A stretch of DNA of 64,000 bases from Carcharhinus longimanus. Its lineage: Eukaryota. Shown in pieces: positions 27,042-39,399 of this stretch. The translations under genes and the position numbers were made by a program. Within the stretch, counting starts at the first letter, position 1; each line of letters begins with the position of its first letter. The stretch lies in contig JASCQW010000190.1 in the NCBI GenBank assembly GCA_030264375.1, positions 88,464,907 to 88,528,906 of the forward strand, written 5' to 3'. Under the pieces are notes generated by a model that did not search any database, was not told the DNA's origin, and saw only the letters and a list, made by a program, of their open reading frames with translations.

Positions 27042-27423
27042 CGACATCGAACTGTAAGCATTTTGTTTTGTGTTTTGAAAGCATGAGCTGGTTGACTATC
27101 ATCTGTACTCTGTTTATTATTTGCAAAATGCCCAGTCTACCTCAGATTAACCTGGAATGGTAAAGTGTCTCAAAACTTTGAACAATAGTTTAAGCAAGAT
27201 CCTTCATGCTGCTATTACAGTGGCTATGCAAGTGGCATTTTCCACGAACAGAATGCTACCATAAAACCCAAGAAGACACCCTGCCTACCACTGTTTAAAC
27301 ACCCAGCTAATGTTAAATCCCAGGTAGGAAACTTGGAATGCTGTTCCTTACTATATTTTTTGTAATTTGGTGTAACATGAAGAGTGAAGACCAGGCAGCA
27401 ATGTTGCATAAGAACATAAGAAA

Positions 27424-28765
27424 TTGGATTTATTGGATTTCTATAAGGATGTGACTAGTGCGGTAGACAGAGGGGAACCGGTGGATGTGGTGTTTCTCGA
27501 TTTTCAAAAGGCATTTGATAAGGTGCCGCACAAAAGGTTGCTTCAGAAGGTTAGGGGGCATGGAGTTGGGGGTAAGGTGTTAGCNNNNNNNNNNNNNNNN
27601 NNNNNNNNNNNNNNNNNNNNNNNNNNNNNNNNNNNNNNNNNNNNNNNNNNNNNNNNNNNNNNNNNNNNNNNNNNNNNNNNNNNNNNNNNNNNNNNNNNNN
27701 NNNNNNNNNNNNNNNNNNNNNNNNNNNNNNNNNNNNNNNNNNNNNNNNNNNNNNNNNNNNNNNNNNNNNNNNNNNNNNNNNNNNNNNNNNNNNNNNNNNN
27801 NNNNNNNNNNNNNNNNNNNNNNNNNNNNNNNNNNNNNNNNNNNNNNNNNNNNNNNNNNNNNNNNNNNNNNNNNNNNNNNNNNNNNNNNNNNNNNNNNNNN
27901 NNNNNNNNNNNNNNNNNNNNNNNNNNNNNNNNNNNNNNNNNNNNNNNNNNNNNNNNNNNNNNNNNNNNNNNNNNNNNNNNNNNNNNNNNNNNNNNNNNNN
28001 NNNNNNNNNNNNNNNNNNNNNNNNNNNNNNNNNNNNNNNNNNNNNNNNNNNNNNNNNNNNNNNNNNNNNNNNNNNNNNNNNNNNNNNNNNNNNNNNNNNN
28101 NNNNNNNNNNNNNNNNNNNNNNNNNNNNNNNNNNNNNNNNNNNNNNNNNNNNNNNNNNNNNNNNNNNNNNNNNNNNNNNNNNNNNNNNNNNNNNNNNNNN
28201 NNNNNNNNNNNNNNNNNNNNNNNNNNNNNNNNNNNNNNNNNNNNNNNNNNNNNNNNNNNNNNNNNNNNNNNNNNNNNNNNNNNNNNNNNNNNNNNNNNNN
28301 NNNNNNNNNNNNNNNNNNNNNNNNNNNNNNNNNNNNNNNNNNNNNNNNNNNNNNNNNNNNNNNNNNNNNNNNNNNNNNNNNNNNNNNNNNNNNNNNNNNN
28401 NNNNNNNNNNNNNNNNNNNNNNNNNNNNNNNNNNNNNNNNNNNNNNNNNNNNNNNNNNNNNNNNNNNNNNNNNNNNNNNNNNNNNNNNNNNNNNNNNNNN
28501 NNNNNNNNNNNNNNNNNNNNNNTGGGGAGCAGGTACAGAGGAGATGTTAGGGGTAAGTTTTTCACTCAGAGGGTGGTGAGTGAGTGGAATCGGCTGCCGA
28601 CGGTGGTGGTAAAGGCGAACTCGCTGGGGTCTTTTAAGAGACTTCTGGATGAGTACATGGGATTTAATGGGATTGAAAGTTATAGATAGGCCTGGTAGAT
28701 ATGGATATGATTTGGTGCAACTTGTGGGTCGAAGGGCCTGTTTGTGCTCTAGTGTTCTATGGTCT
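27424..28765 (+). mobile_element. Young CR1 LINE (RT to 3' tail) spanning an assembly gap
   Basis: VDRGEPVDVVFLDFQKAFDKVPHKRLL before the gap. FFTQRVVSEWNRLP and tail gggtcgaagggcctgtttgtgctct after it. Confidence 0.9.
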
Positions 28766-29324
28766 ATTAACAAAATCCAGCAATGGTTACCACACTTGGT
28801 ACCTATATCTCTTTTGGGATTGCTTCTGGTTCAGAATAGCAACAAACGGCAGTTCAGATAGGATGCCCCTATCAGTGACTTGTCTGGAATGAACACAGCT
28901 TCTGGCTGACTGTGATCTTGGACCAGCTCTGCTCAGCGCAGGTCAGCTCTCGGTGTAGGATGAATGTTGCCACTAATATATTGCTTTTTCTTTAATCTTT
29001 TCCTACCTGAGCTACTTGTCGTAGAGGTCCCACTTAATTATATGTCTTACATGAGCTCATCTTCATTGAATGTAAGCGTGCAGTTCACCCTCATCATCTT
29101 TTAAACTTTTACTATCTTTGCTGTAACTCCTGAAATTCTATGCCTTATGTCACTGGTAAATAACTGTTTACAGTGTTGCTAGGCTAATTCACATATCAAA
29201 GACCTCAGTCAATCTGACTTCCTAAACAATTCTCATTTTAAAAATAATTTGTTCTCTTTCAATGATACGTTAACCAGAATACATCGCCATTATTCGATTC
29301 GTTCATTTTTATTTTATCACAACT

Positions 29325-29935
29325 TCTTGACACCACACAATTGAGCAACACTGTAGATGAATTTTCAGTACGAGTGCAACGCAAGGTACATGGGCTGATG
29401 ATCAGCTGGTAGAAACAACCAGCGTGTCCCTTCAGCTGTTTATAATAGACTGAGTACAGACCATACTCAACCAGCCAAGCTTCCAAATCCCAAAGCAAAG
29501 TATCTGCTGTTAGATGCAATCCCACAATTGGGCAGTAATTGTTGAACAATCCTGAATGCGCTAATAATTACAATAAGAATAAATTTAAGATGACCAGTTG
29601 AGACATGATTCACTTAGACTTGCTAGAGGTGTCATATATTCATAAGCAAGAATCCATTCTCTGCAAAGAGCACGAATATGTTCAAACCTTACACCTTTTC
29701 TTTGGAATTACCTGGGAGTTTAGAGAGTCTGTAGTGCTCAGTTGCTTTCTCCATGGTAATGCCTCGGACAATCAAAGTTGACTTGCCAACTGATCAGCAC
29801 TCTTTTCTTATGTAGTATAAATTGTTTTGATCATTTGAAATTTGATATTCTTGCCTTTGTCCTGATGAGTGCAAGATAAAAAGCTGTGGCAGCAAGTCTC
29901 TCTCTTCAGTAATATTCAAGCTCTGTATTGCTAAA
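29325..29935 (+). mobile_element. Penelope-like element: GIY-YIG remnant plus terminal repeat
   Basis: Decayed V.EF.C.C...Y.G and IG..LLNNPECA coding traces. ctgatgagtgcaaga at 29862. Confidence 0.6.
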
Positions 29936-30435
29936 TTCCACTTGATTTAAGGCAGAAGAGTCTCCCAATGCTTATGGAATTGTGCCCCCAGCTGCTTTAG
30001 CATCTTATTATTAACTTAATTTTTACCTCAGCCTTTATGAAAAAAATGTCACTGTGCATCTGATGCAGCACAAAGCAGTGTGAAATGAATGAAAAAGTAA
30101 TGAAGAATTTCAATGAGATGAAGAGAACTGATGAACATTTGGAGTGTGTTTCTGGTATTGAGGTATTTTTCCAGACCACATTAGCTATCAAAGGAATAAG
30201 TATATACTTCTTGTAAAGTTGGCCCTCCAAGGTCTTTATTGAAGAGGTGTTTTTTTTTCAAATTCTATATACTGTATCCAGTCATTGTGATATATTTTCT
30301 TTGATTGCTACTTAAAGGAACTGTCTCACTCCAGCTCGCGAGAGTAAAGCCAAGACAATGCTGATGTGTTTCCCAACTGTGCTGTAAATAGGGTTGCGGA
30401 TGTTTCTCTGTACTAACTGGCAATCTTCTTTGCAG

Positions 30436-30500
30436 GGATATCCGGTGGAAAAATTGGATCAGACTGAGATAATAAACAGGAAGTTTACTCCAACAGAAAG
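30436..30500 (+). CDS. SHROOM4: Shroom4-like 65-nt exon (GYPVEKLDQTEIINRKFTPTER)
   Basis: Acceptor tcttctttgcag, donor AG|gtagga. Phase 0 to 2 bridges the flanking exons exactly, and it resembles the short exon at this position in Shroom genes. Confidence 0.8.
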
Positions 30501-33500
30501 GTAGGAACTTAGTGATTAATCTGTGGAACTCCTTCCCTGCCCACTGTTCAGTTTAAGATAACAATTATATATTTAAACCGTACATGTTGATGTTGGATTT
30601 TCAAGGCATGTCCTCCAGATTAGTACAAATTAATCTTAGTAATGGATTGAATCCTTGAGCTCATGTTTCCATGCCAACTTACAGGTACCCATTATCACAA
30701 TCCCTGCTGACCCGGTGATTTAGGGAGCACTAGAACTTCAAATGTGAAATGTCCTGATAGGAAGCAATTAGCCAACTGATAACATAGACCCTGAACTATC
30801 TGCCTAACTCGGGGGAGCTCATCAAATAAGCGGTTTATTGCTTACCTCTTTTTCATCTGTGACCTTTGGCAGAAGCCATAGGAGCTGACTTCCATTCAGA
30901 CCTTGGCATCTGGTCAAAGCTCAGATTCCGTGAAGTTCACACATGTTATTCAATGACAGAAAGAAAAGCTGTAACTCTCCCAGTGTCTATTTGCACAAGT
31001 TAAAAATACCTTTCTTGAAACTCATTGTAAAGAGTTACTATTCTCCCTCCCTTTCTGCTCTTTTCTGGGTTGAGAAAGTCCTGTACTTTGCACCTGGCCA
31101 AAATCAGTAGCTGTTTCTATGGCGAATTTTGGGTATATCCATCACATTGTTTTAACATGTATGTGCCCTGCCCAAGACACACTCTGTTCATTATCATGGG
31201 CTAGTTTCATGGGTATGATTTTAGTAAACAGACTGAATCCTTTTCTGTGATGCCATAATATCAGTCCTTCTTGAACTCCACATAATATGAACAACAGCTT
31301 ATTCCTAATACCAATTTATTCCTAATGCCATGTTGATTGATCTAGAATGTACATACCTTTCCCCAGCTTCTCACTCGTACTTGAACATTGTATAATATTT
31401 CTCCATTTACCTTAATTATTAACAAAAAACTACATTGACTGGTTTTGTAGCCCCTTCACCCATTAAACTTTAAAGTATTTCTTGGTTAATGCTTCCAAGT
31501 TTGCGTCAACAGTACAATAGTTTTTGCGTTTATTTTTCTTTTATTCAGATGATGTGGGCATCATTGGCATGGCCTTATCCATTCCTCCTTGACCTTCAGA
31601 AGGTGGTGGTCAATCTGCCTTCTTACCCACTCTGGCCTGTGTATTACCCAGACCCTTGGCAATGTGGCAACCGCCTTTTGAAATTGAAATGCTGAGCAAG
31701 CCATTTATTTGTCAAGAAGGTGGCTCACACCATCATCTCACAGGCAGTTATGGGATGGGCAACAAATGCTGGTCTTGACAGCGATCCTGTGAATTTAACT
31801 CCAATTTCATTCTAGTTAGTCATACACTAACTCACTGGTCCATGTGTAACTAGCAATAATGGGTGTACTAAATGAGAGAGAATAACAACATTAAATCTTC
31901 AGGAGAGGTTTTTTGTTTGAATGAGCTTACTCCAGGGAGGTTTGGGGCATGCCTTCAGCTCCTCAATGTAGGCTTACCTTTCCAGTTTAAAGGCATCTAT
32001 AGATGTTAGCATCTATAACTAGAAGTAATACTGTAAACCACTGATATTCATCGTGAAACTTTTGCTTGATTTATTCTGCAGTGAACAAGGGTTTCAATTG
32101 CTACCGCTTTTAAAAGGCCTGATCAGTTTCTCCACCTCCTTGCACTCTGGTTTGGACTCAGGTTGTGTGTGACGGTGACAGCTCTGAACTGGAATTGGTA
32201 CTAGCATTTCACACCTCAAAGCTGGGTCGCACAGACCAACCCAAACCAAACCAAGAGATGACCTGCAGGGGAGCAGACTTAGTGTTTGGGACATACTGCT
32301 TTTAATTCAGTTGCTACTATGTCCTGTAACCTCATTCATCCCTCTGACCTCACTTATATTTCTCCTTTTCAAATGTATATCTGATTGCCTTTAAAATTAA
32401 AGTTCTAATCTGTCCCTCAATAATGATGGGTGGTGAAATATTCCACAGTGTAATAGCCTTCATGTTAGTACCTTTCCTCATCCTGCAGTGAAAATCTTCC
32501 ATTCTGGGTTCACTCAATAATTTTTCATTATTTATCCACAGTAAAGGCTTTTGCTTCCACCTGCCTCTTTTATGGGCTGCTGTCCTCTCACTGTTACTTC
32601 CAGCTACCAAATTGCTCTTGCTGTTCCCAGCTCTCTGGTAATTGTCTGCTGACTGTGCGCCACACAATCATGGCATTCTTTCGTGTTGGTTGAGATGTCA
32701 CCAGGTTTCAAGCTGTGGGGAAGTAGTGGTGGTGGTAGGGGGCATGGGGGCGCGGAGGGGTGGTTAGTAGTGGGCACATTACGTGGGAGATTTGAGTAGC
32801 TGATCTCCCAAAGCTGCTGGACGCACAGCTCGGAAGAAGCTCCTGAGATGATTAGGAATCCCATCACAAACTGCAGTGGCAGAAGTCCAGCTTTTGACAG
32901 CTTGCATTACCTTCAGTATCCTTACCATCTCTCTTGATTCCTGCTTAGTGATTTTGTGAAAAAGCACCCTTCTCTGTGATACTGCTCCTGACTTGAGGCA
33001 TTCCACCCTTTCCACTTCCAGGGTGAAGGCGCAAACATTATTTCCATTTCTTAATGCAAACATTCATTATCTTGAAGAACACAAGTTAATTTCATTTGAT
33101 AAGATTTTTTAAATTGACCAGTTCCTGACGAGCTTTCAAATTTTTAAAAATGCATTTCTGAAGTGATTCATCACATAATTAAAATTTGTCATTACCTCTC
33201 ACACAGGATTACTTTTGAGCCACAGTTTTTCTCACTTTAATTTTTCTGTTCATCAAAGGAACTCCAGCCATCTTTGTTAACTTTGTACTTTCTTAAAATT
33301 TCATTGAATTTCAATGATCAACTTGGATCATGCACTCAAGTCTTCAGTAGATTTTAAACCCACAATCTTGTGACTGAGGGCCAAGCATTTATTTAATTTG
33401 CTTCTCAGGCGACTATCCTTCTAACCATAGACCCTCCACCAATCTTTCCCCTTTTGATCATGCCCTGATGTCCAATAATTCTGTAAGGTTGTCTTGGATT

Positions 33501-34067
33501 GCTCAAAGGCAAAATCTAGTGCTCTAACTATCTCCTGTAGACTTGGATGGTGTTTGGTGAAAATGTTAAAGCAGTGGGTTGCTGGAGAGCACAGATTAGC
33601 ACACCTGTAAATGCACACCGTGGACAAATTCATTTGCTCACTGTGCTACAGAGCAAACCTAGCCACAACCCTTCTAACAACCAAGTGAATGAAACCTCTT
33701 CTGGAATTGAGGAACTGGCAAGTAAGCTGGGGCTTCCCTCGCCCCCATTACCTAATTCATTATCTCAGAGCCAACTAAAGAATCTACTTCTAAAACCAGA
33801 CAGAGAGCAGCTTCAACAATAGAATCATTTGTGAAAGTAGATAGGACTTAATCATCCTCCTCTGCATAATACACGTATGACCATACTTTGGGGACTAACA
33901 TGGTAGAGCCAATTACTCACATGATAGAACCATACACACAGATTGCTGTAGAATCATGCAAGTTCAATTCAATCAAAGCATCACAAAATATAGCTTCACA
34001 AAATATGTATTTGTATGAAATATTTGTGAAATTAATTAAATTAAAATTAATGTTTGTCGTCTTTCAG

Positions 34068-35432
34068 AGAGATGAAGACATTGGATGTTGGTGATGTGCA
34101 AGAGTCAATTTCCGAAATAAATTCAAAAGGAAGCCTTAAGAATGAAGGGGACAAACTGGCAAGGAAACCAAGACAGGAAATATCTGCTTGGGAGAGGCCC
34201 AGTACGGCTGCTGCACCATCAGAGAATTTCTCTGAATACACCCTGCAGTACCCACAGAGGGAAGGGCCTTGCACGTGCCTCACATGCCATTTCAATCATG
34301 GATCACTGGGTATAAATAACAAGTTTGAAGAAGGGAAGATTGTTACACGTGATTCAGAGATGAATAGGCCTGAAGACTTATCTACCAATAAGAAGAAGAA
34401 AGGGCCCCCACCTCTAAGACCACCACCACCAGATTGGGAGAAGTATTGGTCACAGAAGCTGAGTGGACATGAATTACCAGATTTGGAAAGATACCAGTCC
34501 CGGAAACTATCCCAACATGAATTGCCAGATGTGGAAAAATACCAGTCCCGGAATCTATCCCAACATGAATTGCCAGATTTGGAAAGATACCAGTCCCGGA
34601 AACTATCCCAACATGACTTGCCAGATTTGGAAAGATACCAGTCCCGGAAACTATCCCAACATGAATTGCCAGATTTGGAAAATTACCAATCCCGGAAATT
34701 ATCCCAACATGAACCAGCGGATTTGGAAAAATATCAGATGTGGAATATGTCCCAACACGAACTGGTTGATTTGGAAAAATACCACATGCGGAAACTGTCT
34801 CAACATAAACTGGCTGATTTAGAAAAGTACCAGATCCAGAAGCTGTCTCTACACGAAATGCAGGATTTACACAAATACCAACTTCGGAAGCTGTCGTTAC
34901 ACGAATTACCAGATGTGGAAAGATACCAGACCCGGAAGCTGTCATTACACGAATTACCAGATGTGGAAAGATACCAGACCCGGAAGCTGTCGTTACACGA
35001 ATTACCAGATTTGGAAAAGTACCAGACTCGGAAATTGTCATTGCTTGAATTTCCAGATTTGGATGAACATTGGTCACGGAAAGGTACTCCGTATGAAATA
35101 GATTCTGTATTGATTTCTCAGCCCACATCAATGAATTGGAAAAGGTCAGAACAGATTTCTGATAGAGAGACGTTGGTTTATTCAGATCTGCCTCCGAACA
35201 CTGGATCTGCTATGAACACTGCAGCACGATATTCTCATCCATCACACTTGTGTGCAGACTACAAAATGGGCCTCGAATACAGGTATCCAGAATCCAATTT
35301 CATTGATCCAAGATGCTTAATGTCCTCCTCTGTAGTTCCTGTTTCAGGAGAACATATGATCTCTTCATTGTATAAGTCACAGAGACCAAAGATGAAATTG
35401 GTAGCATCCCTGGGGAGTGATGTCAATTCAAG
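34068..35432 (+). CDS. SHROOM4: Shroom4-like exon with proline-rich motif and 16-aa tandem repeat array
   Basis: Inside ORF 34054..35436. Acceptor gtctttcag, donor AG|gtaatt. Starts (R)EM and contains KKKKGPPPLRPPPPDWEKY. Confidence 0.88.
34432..35103 (+). repeat. Coding minisatellite, 14 x 48 bp (16 aa, consensus DLEKYQSRKLSQHELP)
   Basis: A GAT (Asp) codon starts each 48-nt unit from 34432 to 35056. There are 13 clear units and one degenerate unit, with no indels. Confidence 0.95.
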
Positions 35433-36949
35433 GTAATTATATAAAAACTAATGTTGAACATTACTGTGGGTCTGTTTGAAACTGCAGGGGAAACTTCCAC
35501 CACCTCTAACCAACCAACCAAATTAGAAGGTGATATATTTGAATGCTGAAACATTTACTGGTATAAAGCTGAACCAAGTACTTGTAAGCACAGTACTTAC
35601 CATCAAGCCTCTGCTAATTCTACTCCTAAATGTATCTTTTTGAGCCAAGAGTAATTTATGCTTTAATGCACACAGTAACAAGTGAAGAGGGTACTCAGTT
35701 GAATACATATCTCTGTCACGGTGTTAACTCAGTATTATTACAATTATGCAGCTCTTCCTTGAGGCTTTTTCCTGCCTGGTCTGCAATTGCAAAGCAGGGA
35801 AAATGCAACTTTTATTAAGAGCTTCCATGTCACTGAGAAAGCTTGAGGCCAATCCATATCCAACAACCTGCTGTGAAAACTCTGCTTGCATTTTGACAGC
35901 AATGAGACAAACCACAACATTCTTAAAACAAAAAGCAGCAACATTCCAAATAAAAAATATATTTTTAAAAATTCAGTTTGCCCCAACTCCCAACGTTAGC
36001 AAATCCTTCAAATAAATCCCAGGATGCAGATCAGGACCTTCAAAAATTAATTAGTTCTTCCTTGAGCCGTACGCTACCTGTGTAAAACGTTTCCACGAAT
36101 TCTATCCATTAGGCTTTGAGATGCATTGTTTACAAGTGTTGACTATCTGGAAAAATATTTACTTCCGAGATAATTACCCCCTTTCCTAAGACAAATTTTA
36201 CCATCCACTGACCATTTCTGTTGAATGGCATGGCTACAGTTGGGAACTTGCTGCAAGTGGGTCAGGACAGTTTCTAACTCTTATTACTATTATATTGCCC
36301 TACACAAGAAAAAATATTTTTCCTTTGTTTTAAGAATCCGGAAGCTTATTATTTTATAGCTCCATTCATTTCTTTAGCAACTCTTTTGCATGAGTCTCCA
36401 TACTGAAACTGAGTATATATTTATGTTAATGGACCCAAGGTACTTTCCTTTCAGTACCGAAATACATATCCAAATTTTGACATTTATTTCCAGTGAAATT
36501 CAGACAGTGTCACCTTTCCCAATTCTGGTTTTCTCAATTGGTTTCGGTCTCAGTTTTTTTTTGATACAGCTGTACTGCCAGGATTGAACTCAGTGTCCCA
36601 AGCTAGAAAGGGAAAAATCAATCAGATACCCATTCTAGACTTTGATACCTGCTGGAATGTGTTCCTATTTAGACGTTTAGTTTAAAAAAAAGTACGATGT
36701 TGGGCTGTGACTCCACATTTGGATAAACTGTCCATATGTATTGATAATGTGCTAGTACTTACTTTATTCAGTTAGCTGAATAGCTGGTTAGTGATGCAGA
36801 GCGATGCCAAGAGCGTGGGTTCAGTTCCCATACCAGCTAATTTTTGAAGGCCTGCCTTAACCATGCCCCTTGCCTGAGGTGTGGTGATCCCCAGGTTAAA
36901 TCACCACCAGTCACAGCCTGTGATCATCTGGGACTATGGCGATTTTAAT

Positions 36950-37194
36950 TCATAGAATTCCTAGAGTGTAGAAGGTGGCCATTTGGCCATCAAGTCTGCG
37001 CCGACCACAATCACACCTTACCTCCATAATCACATGTATTTACCCTAGCTTGTCCCCCTGACTCTAAAGGGCAATTTAGCATGGTCAATCCACCTAATTA
37101 ATCCGCACACCTTTGGACTGTGGGAGGAAACTGGAGTACGCAGAGGAAACCTGCGTGGACACGGAGAGAATGTGTAAACTCCATACAGACAGTA
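36950..37194 (-). mobile_element. HE1-like V-SINE, 5'-truncated
   Basis: ggcaatttagcatgg.caatccacct...ctttggactgtgggaggaaactggag...aaactcca.acagac. Confidence 0.8.
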
Positions 37195-39399
37195 GCTCTT
37201 GTTGGTTAAATAGGTATGGTTACGTAATTAACCATACCAATTTAACCAATAAGAGCCAGCTTTAGGTGGGACAAAAATGGTTAGAAAGAAAGAGGCACAG
37301 GCATTTTACTTTAAAATGTTCCCTAGTTGAGTAGAGAATGCAGTTTACCAAGACATGCTACTTGTGGCATATGTGCTTGGACCTAAATGGTCGATGCAAT
37401 GTAGGAAGGATTCAGTATTCCAAAGACAGCAGCTTTTAATGTGTAATTTCATAACCTCTGACCTCCATTTGTAAGGAGGAAAAGTCCCATTGTGTGTGTT
37501 TGCAATGTGCAGTTCTATTCTCAGTCACTGCTTGTAAACTTTTAGCATTGTTTCAAAGAACACTCAATGTGAGGCACATTTAGGGGTTATTCCATACTGA
37601 TTTAAGGTATTTTGTAACAAGTTCGGAGCCTCCTTATTAATATACTTAGTCTTTCCCTTTTCTAGGTGCTTCCTCTCTTGAAGGCACTATCTGCAGTTGG
37701 GGGTGCGGTTTCACAGGTGGCAGCTGCACTGTGGCACCTCACACAAATGGTCATTATTCATCTGTGAGCCTTATGCAGAGTGCTGGCAGGCTAGTCAAGC
37801 ATGGGTGGTGTAATTTCTGTCCACACATGCACTTTCTAGCTGGAGTCAATAATTAGGAGAGAACTCAGTCTGATTATTTGCCCCTTGTTTTTTTTCCCTG
37901 CTCCCATGGCTTTTGTGGCCAACTGTCACATTCCAATAGCTTCCCTGGCAGATATTAGCTAACATGGACTTTTATGAACCATTTGGCTCAATGCCCCACC
38001 AGATGTGTGGCTGAGTTCATTTCCAGCTATCAAGGGACCTGAGTTATATTGTTTCTAAATGATGCTGTGAAATAGGGCAACATTTTAGATAGCTAGTTTG
38101 TTACCTTGTAAAATGGCTGCCCAACATGTGAAATCTAGAGTTAAAGTGGGCACTAGCCCGTTTGATGTGATGATAGCACATGGTTTAAAAAGTAGTGTTC
38201 TCGAATGTGGGAGTTTCAGACAGATGGAGTGCCTTGTCTAAGCTTCCATTTAATTACTCACTTTTTGATTGTATTGTGCACTCTCCTTCCTCTGGCTAAT
38301 GAACAAGGAGGAGCATTTAGACACATTTCCACAACCAAAGCAGTGAACAGACTTCTATCTGTTTGATACAGTGACAAATTCAAGTTGTTAATGAGTCAAA
38401 CTTTATGCAGCATTGAAAGGTTTCAATAATTTCGGTGCCAATGATCCACCACACAATGGAAAAGATCACAAAGTAGGAACATGGCCCACAGACTCCGAAT
38501 TCTCAGCTGAATTGACCCATTTAGTTCTTTGCTGCTTTGTCCATATTGCTATCGCTCCTTTTCTTGTGTCAGCACATGATCGTATGCTGCACATGCTGTA
38601 TCACACATCAGCCATGTTTGATACTGGCAGTTGCTTCAGTAAGTGAGACTGTCTGCATTTCACTTTGTGGAAAATGGAACCAGGGTTACTACCTATAGCA
38701 GGGAAAATTTGACGGGGAGTTATCCTGGGAGACCCATGGGCAAATTTGAACACAGCTGTAGAGTGGCATTGGCAGAATCTAAGAAGAGATCTGCAGCCTC
38801 TCTCTGGAGAAAGCAAGCAGCATGGAATAAAATTCAGAATAAATTTCTGAAACAAGCAAGCTGAATGAATCATTGCTGTGGCAACTCTTTTCCTTTGCAA
38901 TGGGATATTAAGAAGCACACAACCACATTACCAATGAGCTTGGTTTGCATTTTAGGCACTACAATTAACTGAGAAGTTGATTGCAATACAGGTTAAAATC
39001 AGATAGATGTCTTTCCCTTGATTGTTATGTACTGACTCCTGCTGATGGGGACAGGTTTGTATATGTGCGCTGGTATAGGGTGAGAACAGAATTGAATTCA
39101 GTTATGATAGCCTCCACTATCAAACCACCTGGTTTCACGCAAACAGAATGAACACTTGAGCAGATTAAATGTTGCCAATTACATAAAACTGCTGCCCAGG
39201 GGTCAAAATCTTTGGTTTGTGTTGGGAGCAGGAAAGAATTTAAAGGTAAGACAAAAAGTTAGATTTGTGATTAGTGGTAAAGAAATGGTTTTGCTATAGC
39301 CAGACAGGAGTCAAATTCACTGAAGCTCTTTGAGAACCTGTGTACTGTAGCCCAGTGCAATTCATCATTCATTCTGCTGGAATGTAGGAGCAAACGCAG

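Noticed and set aside
27543-28773. Long ORFs (340-421 aa) in the ORF track
   Set aside because: They are mostly N-run read-through. The real parts are CR1 reverse transcriptase.
34432-35103. CRISPR-like regular array
   Set aside because: The units are contiguous with no unique spacers, they are in frame in a vertebrate exon, and there are no cas genes.
34382-35131. 249-aa antisense ORF and alternative-frame ORFs over the repeat exon
   Set aside because: They are a by-product of a stop-poor 48-bp unit repeated in tandem. There is no independent gene evidence.
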